Shown in pieces: positions 36,501 through 46,477 of a stretch of DNA of 64,000 nucleotides. The notes under the pieces were generated by a model that did no database searches, had not been told where the DNA came from, and was given only the letters and a program-made list of their open reading frames with translations. The stretch is from IMG/VR virus record IMGVR_UViG_3300034105_002260. One strand, given 5' to 3'. A program made the translations under genes and the position numbers. Position 1 is the first letter of the stretch. Every line of letters starts with the position of its first letter. Origin of the DNA: a virus.

Positions 36501-39372
36501 ATTCCCAATACCAACAGGGGCAACATTTAGTGACTCAAAAGATATTGGTATACATCCATTTTATGATGCAATATTTCATCAAGTGGTAAATGGATACAAT
36601 CATTATGAGGTACTTTCAGGTAACACCTCATATTTTAGTAATGTTATAAATGGTGGAATTAAAACAAGAGGTACAATCAAATCAAACGGATTAAGATATT
36701 GGACATCCTTTGTTGATAATTCCAAATTTAATCCAGCTGATTTAAGATATACACCATTACCTTGTGATGGTGATAACAAATACGCCGATTTTAATAATAC
36801 GGCGGAAATGGTTATTAATACAGATTCATTTGATAGAGGTAATCAAATTTACTATAGTACGATGTGGGAAGATAACTACATCAACGGAGATTATAGTGGA
36901 AGCACATTTTTTAAATACAATGAATATAATACAAACACAAATGGAGATTATACCGCTGAAGGTAACACAAAAAAAGTTATTGATTTAATTGCAACATTTA
37001 GTCCGGCAATATTAGACCAGTTTGAAGATATATTTTTACAGTTCGCAACTGAAAAATTAAATGAGGAGACCCCTTATAAGAAATTCTCCAAAGTAAAATA
37101 CGATAATTTTCAAGATTTACTAAAAGGACTTCTTTCGGTTAAGAAAGAAACATCTGATGAAGGTAAAACATTTGAAGAACTTGTAAGTCTCATAAAAGAT
37201 AGACAATCTGAAAACAAAATTAAGTTAACAGATGAAATTATAGATTATAGTAACTTATTAGAAATTAAATTAGGAAACCCAAAAGAACTTGACCCTTATA
37301 TAATTGAAGGGTTTGTAGGTATTTCGGGTAACTCTTTAAAATATGACAAGTATAGTTCATCACAATCTGGAAATTTAAAATACATTGAACTTTATGTTGG
37401 TGAAGATATTGGTGGATATTATTTAGATTTTTTTGTAAAAAATAATATTGAACTATCCGAAGAGAACGTTCTTAAGTTTAGACCGTTAATATTGATTTAT
37501 GCAGGATATAGACAATCAGGAGGTTCCGATGTTAAAAAGATATTTCAAGATTATATAAGTACTACTATATTAAATGGTTTACCTTTAACATTCTTATCTA
37601 TAGTACCTCCATTTGCTATTCCAGCAACACCAGGAGCAAATTCAAGATATCAACTATTCATCACCTTATTGATTGGTAAGTTGGGAAGTATAAAAAATAA
37701 AGACCACGTCCACGCGATTGATTTTGTTGATGGATATAACAATAGAAACCTAAAAGTAGAAATATATAATTTCTTTAAATCATTTAACGATAAATGGTCC
37801 TCCGGTAATTCAATTGGACAAAGGTTGTTAATGGAGGAATTTTTATTTTTAGATAAAGCGAATAAAGATATTGGAGATAAAGCTTATTTAAATTTAGAAA
37901 GGTTTGTTTCAATAATTGACCCTAAAAACGATAAGGCAAGTTTATATAGTGCAATCTCAATGTTAATACAGGGAAGTGGTTTCGATATGAGAACACTACC
38001 CGCGTATGTTAACTTTTATGGTAATGGATTAACAACAAGAAGTAAAATTACTCCATCACATACAGTTGCGAATAATTTATTTGGAACATTTTTAGAAGTT
38101 GATTACCAAGAGTCGTCACCTAAAACAGTTATTCAATTTGCGGGACCAACATCCAAGCGTCCTTCGGATATGAATAAAAATTATAGATTTAGTGATGATA
38201 GTTTTAATATATCAGATGTTAATAACAACCCACTAATTGTAACGTTACCTAAAATTTTTGATACGGAGAATTTATCCAAATCAAATAAGGTGGTTGCGTT
38301 TGAGGTTAGTTTTGGTGACCAAAATCAAAGTATGTTTAAAGGTGTTAGTTTAGATCAATCCACAATTAAAAACACATCAGAATCTTTTGTTGTATTAGAA
38401 AACTTGGCAAGATCTGAATCTGGAGCGGGAACGTATAATGTTGACATTGGATTATTTGATTATTACAGACAAGCTTCATATCAATGTGAAGTTACTTGTA
38501 TGGGTAATGTTATGATTCAACCAACAATGTTCTTTTATTTGAAAAACATCCCTATGTTCCGTGGTTCATATTGGATTACTGAAGTTAGTCATAGTATTAG
38601 AAATAATTCAATTACAACAACATTTAAAGGAAGTAGAATACCTCAGGCAAGTTTACCTGATCCAGAAGATTCGTTTGTGTCAAGTTATAAATCATTATTT
38701 GATAGATTACTAACAAAGGCGAAAGCAAAAACAGCAGCAGAAAATTCTGGAAAAGTAACCACAGAAGAATCATTAAAGATTCCAGGTAAAGGTGACTTTG
38801 TTATTGATAAAGGTACAATTAAAATACCTGGAGAAGAACAAGTATTGGAATCGGGGGTTACATCATTCGGTATTCCGTATAATGGATTTAATGGTGAGAA
38901 ATATATTCAAAAAGTTAAATATAAAGGTGGAGACTGGTTTAGAGCGGTTGTTGCGAGAATGGGATCAGAAGCGTATCCAATTGCAGAAGATACCCATATG
39001 GCTATTGTTAGTAGATTTAAAAATCAAGTTGTTACTGATAAAGATGGTAACGGTGGATTATCTTGGAAAGAACTTAAGAATTATTCAAAAACAGAAAATT
39101 TCTATTCAACCAAATTTATACTACAAAGTAACATCACACCTGACCATATTGGAACAGGGACAACTACGTTTTTAAACCCAAATAATGGTACTGAAAAGAT
39201 GATAACCCCATCCTATTCTTTAAATAGGACACTAACAAACGTACCATTTAAAGCACAAGGACCAGTTAATATAGGACCAAGTGTGAATGGTTATGGTATA
39301 GCTCTATCGGAATCACTTATGAAATTATTAGATACCCACGAAGGACAAGTTATCTATTTTAGTATTAAATAG
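33514..39372 (+). CDS. Large baseplate hub protein (gp27/GpD-like)
   Basis: INFIDVRG near the N-terminus; CEVTCMGNVMIQP...GSYWITEVSHSI...TTTFKG hub motif; follows the LysM gene. Confidence 0.65.
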   Translation: MGNNDLSNSEKILVKVDQNNLMYIDPNSVVINGEIEPRGIKQENLVMFVNLEADIVPRSTLVSNDDKNTLKNIAKGTLNFLSSATTDRDYTTQWTDSYFESKPKKVTKDENGNLHGVDEFYQSDETGQSFGIDNISILVKGANFIPQININFIDVRGKTLFESPENSPYQAFFHLPWPIFYLTVKGFYGKAIRYRLHLVKFNSRYNESNGNFEIATSFVGSSFAFMNDIPLKGVLNAPYMFLKESTKPVEFNESTGKSTQKVFKSSKGYAMLNSVYSEMKRKKLIPQDFPVKTVREIGAIAETLDKILEQTIFSEVIDTKVLAGLQDYDKDLTNFESEIKNWASIHLNKSSYEDTITGKDINGLNTYIRYYGLSDKNKSDLKNIEGKENYKTLEGLLVLYNEKLKNSAALNNNLQKKTDKSINVTISFLSKNISNAGNYYKKNERGEYVVAIDKLVQDVGEIRGTFFEQKQKIEKEVERKMNEVVKNPKLGIGFEPTVRNLFAVLLANAEVYVRLMKEVHQDAFKVANDRKGKLKGFSDESIGETIYPWPEIKRTLPTDKKKVIAYPGEPELREKLQSNNPLLWPEVAFVEEYIAVSTNKSDPNSEKEGGVNNINYIFESDLDDSKVNQVSSLFEVSNSIPYSDRSLVSFLYELHERAKIMTFVDSFDATIIKELVNIEYETINEVISEEPDLIDILNTNIKTVENLTTYMQGLSPFERSPYYRDSIPTQPYIKDLLDAPFDIKQYDNSITKKPKNEKLYNTINDQLLKYTPEPYRKNIYPFNSPTYTTYLDKPFSENDLNFKGVLKVRPDKGFITTPVGTYNWVKEGYKKNEKYANLFTQSMSFATHTENVLNTPYFHRQLFSDFTKTNPYSKYVGSAYLLLNSLPFVELTDKISFIELDGKQDTPTSVLLPPVRVSSLFREISSTHYVPYHLIVKWGSIYHRYKKKILDGVDILDGFLDSTGTTKNINANLFFNSGRTSNEFTVFPNGFNFVGGFPIPTGATFSDSKDIGIHPFYDAIFHQVVNGYNHYEVLSGNTSYFSNVINGGIKTRGTIKSNGLRYWTSFVDNSKFNPADLRYTPLPCDGDNKYADFNNTAEMVINTDSFDRGNQIYYSTMWEDNYINGDYSGSTFFKYNEYNTNTNGDYTAEGNTKKVIDLIATFSPAILDQFEDIFLQFATEKLNEETPYKKFSKVKYDNFQDLLKGLLSVKKETSDEGKTFEELVSLIKDRQSENKIKLTDEIIDYSNLLEIKLGNPKELDPYIIEGFVGISGNSLKYDKYSSSQSGNLKYIELYVGEDIGGYYLDFFVKNNIELSEENVLKFRPLILIYAGYRQSGGSDVKKIFQDYISTTILNGLPLTFLSIVPPFAIPATPGANSRYQLFITLLIGKLGSIKNKDHVHAIDFVDGYNNRNLKVEIYNFFKSFNDKWSSGNSIGQRLLMEEFLFLDKANKDIGDKAYLNLERFVSIIDPKNDKASLYSAISMLIQGSGFDMRTLPAYVNFYGNGLTTRSKITPSHTVANNLFGTFLEVDYQESSPKTVIQFAGPTSKRPSDMNKNYRFSDDSFNISDVNNNPLIVTLPKIFDTENLSKSNKVVAFEVSFGDQNQSMFKGVSLDQSTIKNTSESFVVLENLARSESGAGTYNVDIGLFDYYRQASYQCEVTCMGNVMIQPTMFFYLKNIPMFRGSYWITEVSHSIRNNSITTTFKGSRIPQASLPDPEDSFVSSYKSLFDRLLTKAKAKTAAENSGKVTTEESLKIPGKGDFVIDKGTIKIPGEEQVLESGVTSFGIPYNGFNGEKYIQKVKYKGGDWFRAVVARMGSEAYPIAEDTHMAIVSRFKNQVVTDKDGNGGLSWKELKNYSKTENFYSTKFILQSNITPDHIGTGTTTFLNPNNGTEKMITPSYSLNRTLTNVPFKAQGPVNIGPSVNGYGIALSESLMKLLDTHEGQVIYFSIK

Positions 39373-39417
39373 GAATATTAAGAATTATGGGATATTTATA
39401 TGTATATCTTAAAAATT

Positions 39418-39621
39418 ATGGAAAATAATAAAATGAACGACAGTATTAATCAATTCTTAAACCCAAAACAAGTTAGAAATGTTTCTAATGATGGAATGGA
39501 AAGAGAAGAATGTGATATGTTAACAGGAGAGTGTTATACTATCAGAGAAAAAGACGGTATAGTTGAAAGAATAAATAAAAAATATATTACCAACGACGGT
39601 AGACAATTATTACAAGATTAA
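39418..39621 (+). CDS. Hypothetical protein
   Basis: CDMLTGEC motif; late motif at 39393-39400. Confidence 0.7.
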   Translation: MENNKMNDSINQFLNPKQVRNVSNDGMEREECDMLTGECYTIREKDGIVERINKKYITNDGRQLLQD

Positions 39622-39625
39622 AACT

Positions 39626-40261
39626 ATGTTAGAGAAAAAATTACACGACGAGTTGAAGCGTTATAGACAAATCAACAAATATGGTTCTAAGATGATTATG
39701 GAACAAGAAGTTCCAGAACCGCCTATTGACCCAGCTGCCCCAGTTGATCCTGCGGCACCTATTGACCCAGCTGCTCCGATTGATCCTGCGGCACCACCAA
39801 TGGACGCACCAGTAGGAGATGCACCAGCGGACGGAGGTACTGAAGAAATTGATATTACTGATTTAGTTAATATGACTAAAAGTATCAAAAACAACATCGA
39901 TGACAATAAAGCGGATCACGTATCTGTTTTGAACAAAATGGATGATGTATTTAGTAAATTAACAGACCTTGAAGCTAAATTAGGTGAAATGGACCAAGTG
40001 GTTGCTAAAATCGACCAATTAGGTGCACAAGTACAACAAATGAAACCAGAAACACCTCAAGAAAAACTTGAGATGCGTTCTTTGGATTCATATCCGTTTA
40101 ACCAAAGACCAAACGAATTCTTTAATCAAAAACAAGGTGAAATGAGAGCTTCTGGTAAAAATGAGTATGTTTTAACTAAACAAGACGTTCAAGATTACTC
40201 ACCAGATACCATAAAATCATCTTTTAACCCAGACGAAGAAGAAAATGAATTTAAGTTCTAA
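39626..40261 (+). CDS. Hypothetical acidic coiled-coil protein, scaffold/core-like
   Basis: N-terminal LHDELKRYRQI, PIDPAA repeats, coiled coil. Confidence 0.65.
   Translation: MLEKKLHDELKRYRQINKYGSKMIMEQEVPEPPIDPAAPVDPAAPIDPAAPIDPAAPPMDAPVGDAPADGGTEEIDITDLVNMTKSIKNNIDDNKADHVSVLNKMDDVFSKLTDLEAKLGEMDQVVAKIDQLGAQVQQMKPETPQEKLEMRSLDSYPFNQRPNEFFNQKQGEMRASGKNEYVLTKQDVQDYSPDTIKSSFNPDEEENEFKF
39722..39793 (+). repeat. 18-bp x4 coding repeat (P[IV]DPAA)
   Basis: cctattgacccagctgc[ct] alternating with cc[ag][ga]ttgatcctgcggca. Confidence 0.9.
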
Positions 40262-40616
40262 TGTAAACTTTTTATTAGGTTTACAAATACAAATGAAGAT
40301 TAACCATTGGCAAACCAAAGGGTTTGCTAGACACAACGCGTTTGGTGGATTTTATGATTCATTAAGTGACTTAATCGACACCTTTGTTGAATCTGCAATG
40401 GGAAAATATGGTAGATTTACATTGGACGAAGAAACTAAAACCATTCAATTGAGTAACCTTTCAGAATTAGATATGAAGGGATTAGTTAATACTGTTAGAG
40501 AATCTTTAGTCCAAATGTCAGAACAATTGGAACCATCAGATACCGATTTATTAAACATCCGTGACGAAATGTTAGGAGAATTAAATAAATTATCTTATCT
40601 TTTAACATTGGAATAA
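40245..40616 (+). CDS. Ferritin/Dps-like protein (DUF5856-like)
   Basis: HWQTKGFARHNAFGGFYDSLSDLIDTFVE; YLLTL C-terminus. Confidence 0.8.
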   Translation: MNLSSNVNFLLGLQIQMKINHWQTKGFARHNAFGGFYDSLSDLIDTFVESAMGKYGRFTLDEETKTIQLSNLSELDMKGLVNTVRESLVQMSEQLEPSDTDLLNIRDEMLGELNKLSYLLTLE

Positions 40617-40646
40617 AAAACCAAAAAACTTTTTTTAAAAAACTTT

Positions 40647-40675
40647 AAGCTGGATTTCGTAATCCGGCTTTTTTT
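40647..40675 (+). terminator. Intrinsic terminator
   Basis: aagctggatt-tcgt-aatccggctt followed by a T-run. Confidence 0.8.
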
Positions 40676-40719
40676 ATCTATATTTTATCTATAACAGTTT
40701 ATAACTTAAATTAACAATT

Positions 40720-41562
40720 ATGTCAACATTTGATGCAGTACTAGCACAGTACGAAAAAAACAAGAACGCCACAAGTGGCAATGCAAACAGAGTATCCCAA
40801 GAGGATAGAATGAAGAAGTACTTCGTAACGATACTTCCTAAAGGTTCAAAAGGTGAAGAGAGAAGAATTCGTATTCTTCCTACACCAGACGGTTCATCTC
40901 CATTTAAAGAGGTGTACTTCCACGAAGTTCAGGTGGATGGAAAATGGGTTAAATTATATGACCCAAAACAAGAAGGTAAACGTTCCCCATTAAATGAGGT
41001 TCACGAAGGATTGATGATGACAGGTGTTGAGTCAGACAGAGAATTGGCTCGTCAATACCGTTCACGTAAATTCTACATCGTAAAAGTTATCGACCGTGAT
41101 CAAGAACAAGATGGTCCAAAATTCTGGAGATTTAAACACAACGCTAAAGGCGATGGTATTTTAGACAAAATCTTCCCAATCTTTAAAAACAAAGGTGATG
41201 TTACCGACACTCAAAAAGGACGTGATTTAATCATTTCTTTGACCTTAACTAAGGCGGGTACAGGTAAAGAGTACACTTCTATCAATTCGGTAATTCCTGA
41301 AGATATGGGTCCTTTACACGAAGATGAAAACATATCTAAAACTTGGTTAGAAGACGAATTGACTTGGTCAGACGTTTATTCTAAGAAAAGTGAAGACTAC
41401 TTAGAAATGGTTGCTAAAGGTGAAATTCCACGTTGGGATAATGAAACAAAAAAATGGACTTCTAATTCTTCAAATGAAGAAACTATAGGTACACAAAAAG
41501 TTTCAACACCAGTGGTTGATCCACAAGATGAGGCTGAAGTAGACGAAGATTTACCGTTCTAA
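40720..41562 (+). CDS. Single-stranded DNA-binding protein (gp32-like)
   Basis: RIRILP, YFH, VKVIDRD, KGRDL, acidic tail DEDLPF. Confidence 0.88.
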   Translation: MSTFDAVLAQYEKNKNATSGNANRVSQEDRMKKYFVTILPKGSKGEERRIRILPTPDGSSPFKEVYFHEVQVDGKWVKLYDPKQEGKRSPLNEVHEGLMMTGVESDRELARQYRSRKFYIVKVIDRDQEQDGPKFWRFKHNAKGDGILDKIFPIFKNKGDVTDTQKGRDLIISLTLTKAGTGKEYTSINSVIPEDMGPLHEDENISKTWLEDELTWSDVYSKKSEDYLEMVAKGEIPRWDNETKKWTSNSSNEETIGTQKVSTPVVDPQDEAEVDEDLPF

Positions 41563-41571
41563 ATTATTCAC

Positions 41572-41599
41572 GGGGTGGTGAAATATCCACCCCATTTTT
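41572..41599 (+). terminator. Hairpin/terminator after the SSB gene
   Basis: ggggtgg-N8-ccacccc followed by attttt. Confidence 0.65.
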
Positions 41600-41613
41600 A
41601 AAAAAACAACATT

Positions 41614-42606
41614 ATGGCAGGAATTAAAAAAAACGACTTCTCTTCTATGAAGAAGAAATTCTCTAAAGAAGCGGAGTACAAACCAGATCGTTTCTTAGAT
41701 TTGGGAGACGCGTTTTTAGATGCTACAGGAATACCAGGTCCAGCAATTGGACACATTAATATGTTCTTAGGACATAGTGATACTGGTAAAACTACGGCAC
41801 TTGTGAAAGCGGCAGTTGATGCGCAAAAGAAAGGAATTCTACCTGTGTTCATTATTACAGAACAAAAATGGAATTGGGATCACGCGGTGTTAATGGGATT
41901 CAATAAAGAAGATGATTTCTATCTCTTCAATAGTGACTTTGATTATATCGAACAGATTACTGATTTTATTAATGAAGTATTAGTGGCACAAGAAAAAGGA
42001 GAAATTCCTCACGATATTTTATTCTTATGGGATTCAGTTGGTTCTGTTCCTTGTAAGATGACATTCGAAGGTAAAGGTGGTAAACAACACAATGCTTCGG
42101 TTCTTGCTGATAAAATAGGTATGGGTATTAACCAACGTATTTCAGGTTCAAGAAGAACAGATAAGCCTCATACAAACACCCTTATCATTGTTAACCAACC
42201 TTGGGTTGAGTTACCTGACAATCCTTTCGGACAACCAAAGATTAAAGCAAAAGGTGGAGAGGCCATTTGGTTAAACTCAACTTTAGTATTTTTATTTGGT
42301 AACCAAAAAGGAGCGGGCACAACAAAAATCAAAATCACAAGAAATAAACGTGATGTAAACTTCGCAAGTAGAACTAAAATTTCTATTATGAAGAACCACG
42401 TTAATGGTATTGGATTTGCGGATGGAAAGATAATGGTAACTCCTCACGGATTTATGAAAGCAAAAGAACCCGCTGAAGAAAAAATATCTATCCAAGAATA
42501 CGCAAAAGAAAATTTAGACTATATCAGTAAACTATTCGGAGAGAAAGTTGCTGATGTTAGCGAACTAGGATTCAAAGCAGAAATCTCGTCAGATGATGAC
42601 GAATAA
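41614..42606 (+). CDS. recA: RecA/UvsX recombinase
   Basis: GHSDTGKTT Walker A, LWDSVG, IIVNQ, KGGEA, KNHV. Confidence 0.9.
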   Translation: MAGIKKNDFSSMKKKFSKEAEYKPDRFLDLGDAFLDATGIPGPAIGHINMFLGHSDTGKTTALVKAAVDAQKKGILPVFIITEQKWNWDHAVLMGFNKEDDFYLFNSDFDYIEQITDFINEVLVAQEKGEIPHDILFLWDSVGSVPCKMTFEGKGGKQHNASVLADKIGMGINQRISGSRRTDKPHTNTLIIVNQPWVELPDNPFGQPKIKAKGGEAIWLNSTLVFLFGNQKGAGTTKIKITRNKRDVNFASRTKISIMKNHVNGIGFADGKIMVTPHGFMKAKEPAEEKISIQEYAKENLDYISKLFGEKVADVSELGFKAEISSDDDE

Positions 42607-42616
42607 ATTATACTAA

Positions 42617-43639
42617 ATGTCGGTTTTACTCGTTGATGGAGACAATTTACTTACGATTGGTTTTTATGGTCTCAAAAACCATTTCTACAAAGGAAAACAT
42701 ATTGGAGCAATATACCATTTTGTTAATACTCTTAGGAGATCATTTGAGACGTACCATTTAGACAAAATTGTAGTATTTTGGGATGGAGAAAATGGTTCAG
42801 ACTCAAGAAAGAAGTTCTACTCTCAATACAAAGAGAATAGAAAATCTCGATTAAGAAGTGATGAAGAAATTAATTCATACCAATATCAAAAGCAACGAGT
42901 AAAACAGTATTTAGAAGAAGTCTTTGTTAGACAAGGAGAATTTGAATTTTGTGAAGCAGACGATTGTATTGCATTTTACACTCAAAATTCACCAACCGAA
43001 AACAAAACAATTTATTCTGGAGACGGAGATTTAACACAACTGGTTTCTGAACAAACTCAAATTTACAACCCCTCACATCAAAAAGTATACAAAAAAAACG
43101 ACACCATCGTTTACAATCACGAAGAAATTCTAATTGAAAACGTAATCTTGGTTAAGATGTTATGCGGTGACCCATCAGATAATATTGCAGGAATTAAGAA
43201 TATGGGAATTAAAAGACTTATTACCCTTTTTCCTGAAATTAAAAACTTACCCCTTACTATTGAAGATATTAGAAGTAAAACTAATGTTCTATTTGAAGAA
43301 GATAAGGATAATTGGTTAATTAAAAATCTTCTAACAGGTGTAACCAAACACGGTGTATTTGGTGAGGAGTTCTATGAAGTAAATAAAAAGATAGTTAGCT
43401 TGGATGAACCGTTCTTAACTGATGAGGCGAGAGAGACAATTATGTCACTAATAAATGAAAATTTGGACCCAGAAGGAAGGTCTTATAAAAATACTATGAA
43501 AATGATGATGGAGGATGGACTATTCCAACTGTTACCTAAATCGGATGACGCTTGGATAAAATTCTTTAACCCATTTCTTAGATTAACAAGAAAAGAAAAA
43601 AATAAAAGGACGATTAAAATTAAAAACAATTATGAGTAA
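42617..43639 (+). CDS. 5'-3' exonuclease / RNase H (FEN-like)
   Basis: LLVDGDN, FWDG, YKENR, EADD, SGDGDLTQL, GDPSDNIAGI. Confidence 0.92.
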   Translation: MSVLLVDGDNLLTIGFYGLKNHFYKGKHIGAIYHFVNTLRRSFETYHLDKIVVFWDGENGSDSRKKFYSQYKENRKSRLRSDEEINSYQYQKQRVKQYLEEVFVRQGEFEFCEADDCIAFYTQNSPTENKTIYSGDGDLTQLVSEQTQIYNPSHQKVYKKNDTIVYNHEEILIENVILVKMLCGDPSDNIAGIKNMGIKRLITLFPEIKNLPLTIEDIRSKTNVLFEEDKDNWLIKNLLTGVTKHGVFGEEFYEVNKKIVSLDEPFLTDEARETIMSLINENLDPEGRSYKNTMKMMMEDGLFQLLPKSDDAWIKFFNPFLRLTRKEKNKRTIKIKNNYE

Positions 43640-44081
43640 CTATCAACAAGAAATCACAAAATTTGAGTTTTTGCTTAGTTTAGGTGGAAACATCGTATGT
43701 CAAAGATTCTTCAACGTAAAAGACCACGTTGAGCAAGCACGTAGATCAATGGATCTTCACTATTATGTAAAAAATATTTGTGAAGAAATAAGTGAAGATT
43801 TGAAAATGAAAACTTCCGACTATCTATGTGAAAATCAAAATTATTTCCTCAATTCCGAGTTTGTGGAAGATGAGAATGAGAAAGAAAAAGAGCACTTTTT
43901 ATTGGAAATTAAACTCGGAGACGACGTATTTATTTCTAGAATATTTCCCGCATATTTCTTCCATCCAAAGGTTAGATATACGGTTGATATTCGCCCAAAA
44001 CTAAAGAGAGTTTTGTCAGATTTAACTGACATCTTGTCTTCGGAAGAATTGGAAACAGTATATTTGCAATATCAACTTTAA
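43632..44081 (+). CDS. Hypothetical protein in the replication operon
   Basis: 149-aa ORF coupled between the exonuclease and helicase. Confidence 0.75.
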   Translation: MSNYQQEITKFEFLLSLGGNIVCQRFFNVKDHVEQARRSMDLHYYVKNICEEISEDLKMKTSDYLCENQNYFLNSEFVEDENEKEKEHFLLEIKLGDDVFISRIFPAYFFHPKVRYTVDIRPKLKRVLSDLTDILSSEELETVYLQYQL

Positions 44082-44100
44082 TAAACTTATATCATAAATT

Positions 44101-45480
44101 ATGCAGCAGGAGAAAAATTTCGGTTTTCTTGGATTTTCTTTTCAACAATCACTCATTAGAGCGGTTATCGAAGACAAAAAATTTGGAGAAGCAATCATAG
44201 ACTTTCTAGACAGTAAATATTTTGACAACAATTCATTTAGATACATTGTAGAAAATATCAAAGAATTATACGTTACGTATAATAAACTACCAGATTACCA
44301 CACTCTATCACAGAAAATAATGACAGAGTCGGGTACTAAGGACACAAATAGAGTACATTTAGATACTTTACAGAACATCAAAGACGATGATAAAGACACA
44401 TCATTTGTTAGAGATACCGCTCTTAATTTTTGTAAACAACAGAACTTAAAAAAGGAACTTAAGAACGTTCATAACATTATCGAAAGTGGTGAATTTGAAT
44501 CGTATAATAAGATTGAGGAAATCATTAAAAGGGCGTTACAAGTCGGTATTAATGATGATCAAGCGGTTGACGTATTTCATAATATTGACCAAGCTTTAGA
44601 AGATAATTTTAGACTACCAATCCCAACAGGAATTGCGGGTATCGACCAACTATTAAAAGGTGGTTTAGGTCGTGGAGAATTAGGTGTTGTATTAGCACCA
44701 ACTGGTACAGGTAAGACAACCTTACTTACTAAATTTGCGAACACGGCATATAACCAAGGGATGAATGTTGTTCAAATTTTCTTTGAAGACAACCCTGGTA
44801 ATATAAAAAGAAAACATTATACGATTTGGTCAGGAATTACTCCTGATGACCAACCCGCAAACGCTGAAGAGGTTAAGAGATTGGTTAAAGAGGCGGAAGA
44901 GAGATCTTCAGGTTCATTAAAATTAATGAAATTTCCTTCAGATAGTGTGACCGTTTCACAAATAAAAAACATCGTTAGAAAGATGAAATCTGACGGATTT
45001 AAAATGGATTTGTTACTTATCGACTACGTTGATTGTATTTCAACAGATAAGAGTACAAATGGTGAAGAGTGGAAAGGTGAAGGTTCCGTTATGAGGTCTT
45101 TAGAGGCTATGACAAGTGAATTTGATATTGCAATATGGACCGCAACACAAGGTAATAGAGAGTCAATTTCATCAGAAGTAGTAACGGGTGACCAAATGGG
45201 TGGTTCTATTAAGAAGGCTCAAATTGCTCACGTTATTTTGTCAATAGGTAAGACATTAGAACAGAAAGAACAAAACTTGGCAACCCTATCACTTTTAAAA
45301 TCTCGTATTGGTAAAGATGGTGTTGTATTTAGTAACTGTAAATTCAATAATGAATATCTTGTTATTGATACAGAATCACAAAGTACCTTACTTGGTATGG
45401 AACAACAAAAAACTCAAAACAACGCAAATAGAGCAGCGGAAGCGTTTAAGAAGAGACAAGAATTACTTAACAATAAATAA
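44101..45480 (+). CDS. dnaB: Replicative DnaB/gp41-like helicase
   Basis: [28 protein letters not shown]. Confidence 0.92.
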   Translation: MQQEKNFGFLGFSFQQSLIRAVIEDKKFGEAIIDFLDSKYFDNNSFRYIVENIKELYVTYNKLPDYHTLSQKIMTESGTKDTNRVHLDTLQNIKDDDKDTSFVRDTALNFCKQQNLKKELKNVHNIIESGEFESYNKIEEIIKRALQVGINDDQAVDVFHNIDQALEDNFRLPIPTGIAGIDQLLKGGLGRGELGVVLAPTGTGKTTLLTKFANTAYNQGMNVVQIFFEDNPGNIKRKHYTIWSGITPDDQPANAEEVKRLVKEAEERSSGSLKLMKFPSDSVTVSQIKNIVRKMKSDGFKMDLLLIDYVDCISTDKSTNGEEWKGEGSVMRSLEAMTSEFDIAIWTATQGNRESISSEVVTGDQMGGSIKKAQIAHVILSIGKTLEQKEQNLATLSLLKSRIGKDGVVFSNCKFNNEYLVIDTESQSTLLGMEQQKTQNNANRAAEAFKKRQELLNNK

Positions 45481-45487
45481 TAAAATT

Positions 45488-46465
45488 ATGACGGAAAGAA
45501 TCTTACAAGACAATCCAGGACGTTTTGTCCTTTTTCCAATCGAACATCACGATTTATGGAAATTTTACAAACAATCTGAAGCGTCTTTTTGGACAGCTGA
45601 GGAAATTGATTTAGGTCAAGATGTTACAGATTGGGAGAATAAATTAAATGATGACGAAAAACATTTTATTAAACACGTATTAGCATTCTTTGCTGCGTCT
45701 GATGGAATTGTAAATGAAAATCTAGCAATGAACTTTGTTAATGAAGTTCAATATACAGAAGCTAAATTCTTCTACGGATTCCAAATAATGATGGAAAATA
45801 TTCATAGTGAAACATATTCTTTATTAATCGATACGTTGGTTAAAGATAAGGATGAACAACATTACTTGTTCAATGCGGTTGATACAATTCCTGCCGTTAA
45901 GAAAAAAGCGGATTGGGCTCTTAAATATATTAATTCAGAATCTTTTGTTGAGAGATTATTGGCATTTGCGGCCGTAGAGGGAATCTTCTTCTCTGGTTCA
46001 TTTTGTTCAATTTTTTGGTTAAAGAAAAGAGGATTAATGCCTGGTTTAACATTTTCAAACGAATTAATTTCTCGTGATGAAGGTGTACACTGTGATTTTG
46101 CTTGTCACATTTACAATAACCATATTGAAAAGAAACTAAGTGAAAAGAAAATAAAAGATATTATCTGTGGAGCATTGGAAATTGAGAAAGAATTTATTCT
46201 TGAAGCATTACCAGTTCGTTTAATTGGTATGAATTCCGATTTAATGGCTCAATATCTTGAATTTGTTACTGATAGATTATTAATGGCGTTGGGTTGTTCT
46301 AAAGTTTACAATTCAGAAAACCCATTTGATTTTATGCAGAACATCGCATTACAAGGTAAAACTAATTTCTTTGAGAAAAGAGTTGCCGAATATCAAAAGG
46401 CGGGAGTTAATAATGTTGCAACCGAAGATTTAGAATCCGCGTTTGACGAGGATATGGACTTCTAA
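45488..46465 (+). CDS. nrdB: Ribonucleotide reductase class Ia beta subunit
   Basis: [45 protein letters not shown]; start MTERILQ at 45488. Confidence 0.97.
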   Translation: MTERILQDNPGRFVLFPIEHHDLWKFYKQSEASFWTAEEIDLGQDVTDWENKLNDDEKHFIKHVLAFFAASDGIVNENLAMNFVNEVQYTEAKFFYGFQIMMENIHSETYSLLIDTLVKDKDEQHYLFNAVDTIPAVKKKADWALKYINSESFVERLLAFAAVEGIFFSGSFCSIFWLKKRGLMPGLTFSNELISRDEGVHCDFACHIYNNHIEKKLSEKKIKDIICGALEIEKEFILEALPVRLIGMNSDLMAQYLEFVTDRLLMALGCSKVYNSENPFDFMQNIALQGKTNFFEKRVAEYQKAGVNNVATEDLESAFDEDMDF

Positions 46466-46477
46466 AAATAGTATAAG

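Noticed and set aside
45308-45487. 60-aa N-terminal extension of NrdB in the ORF track
   Set aside because: Overlaps the helicase 3' end; conserved NrdB sequence begins at ATG 45488
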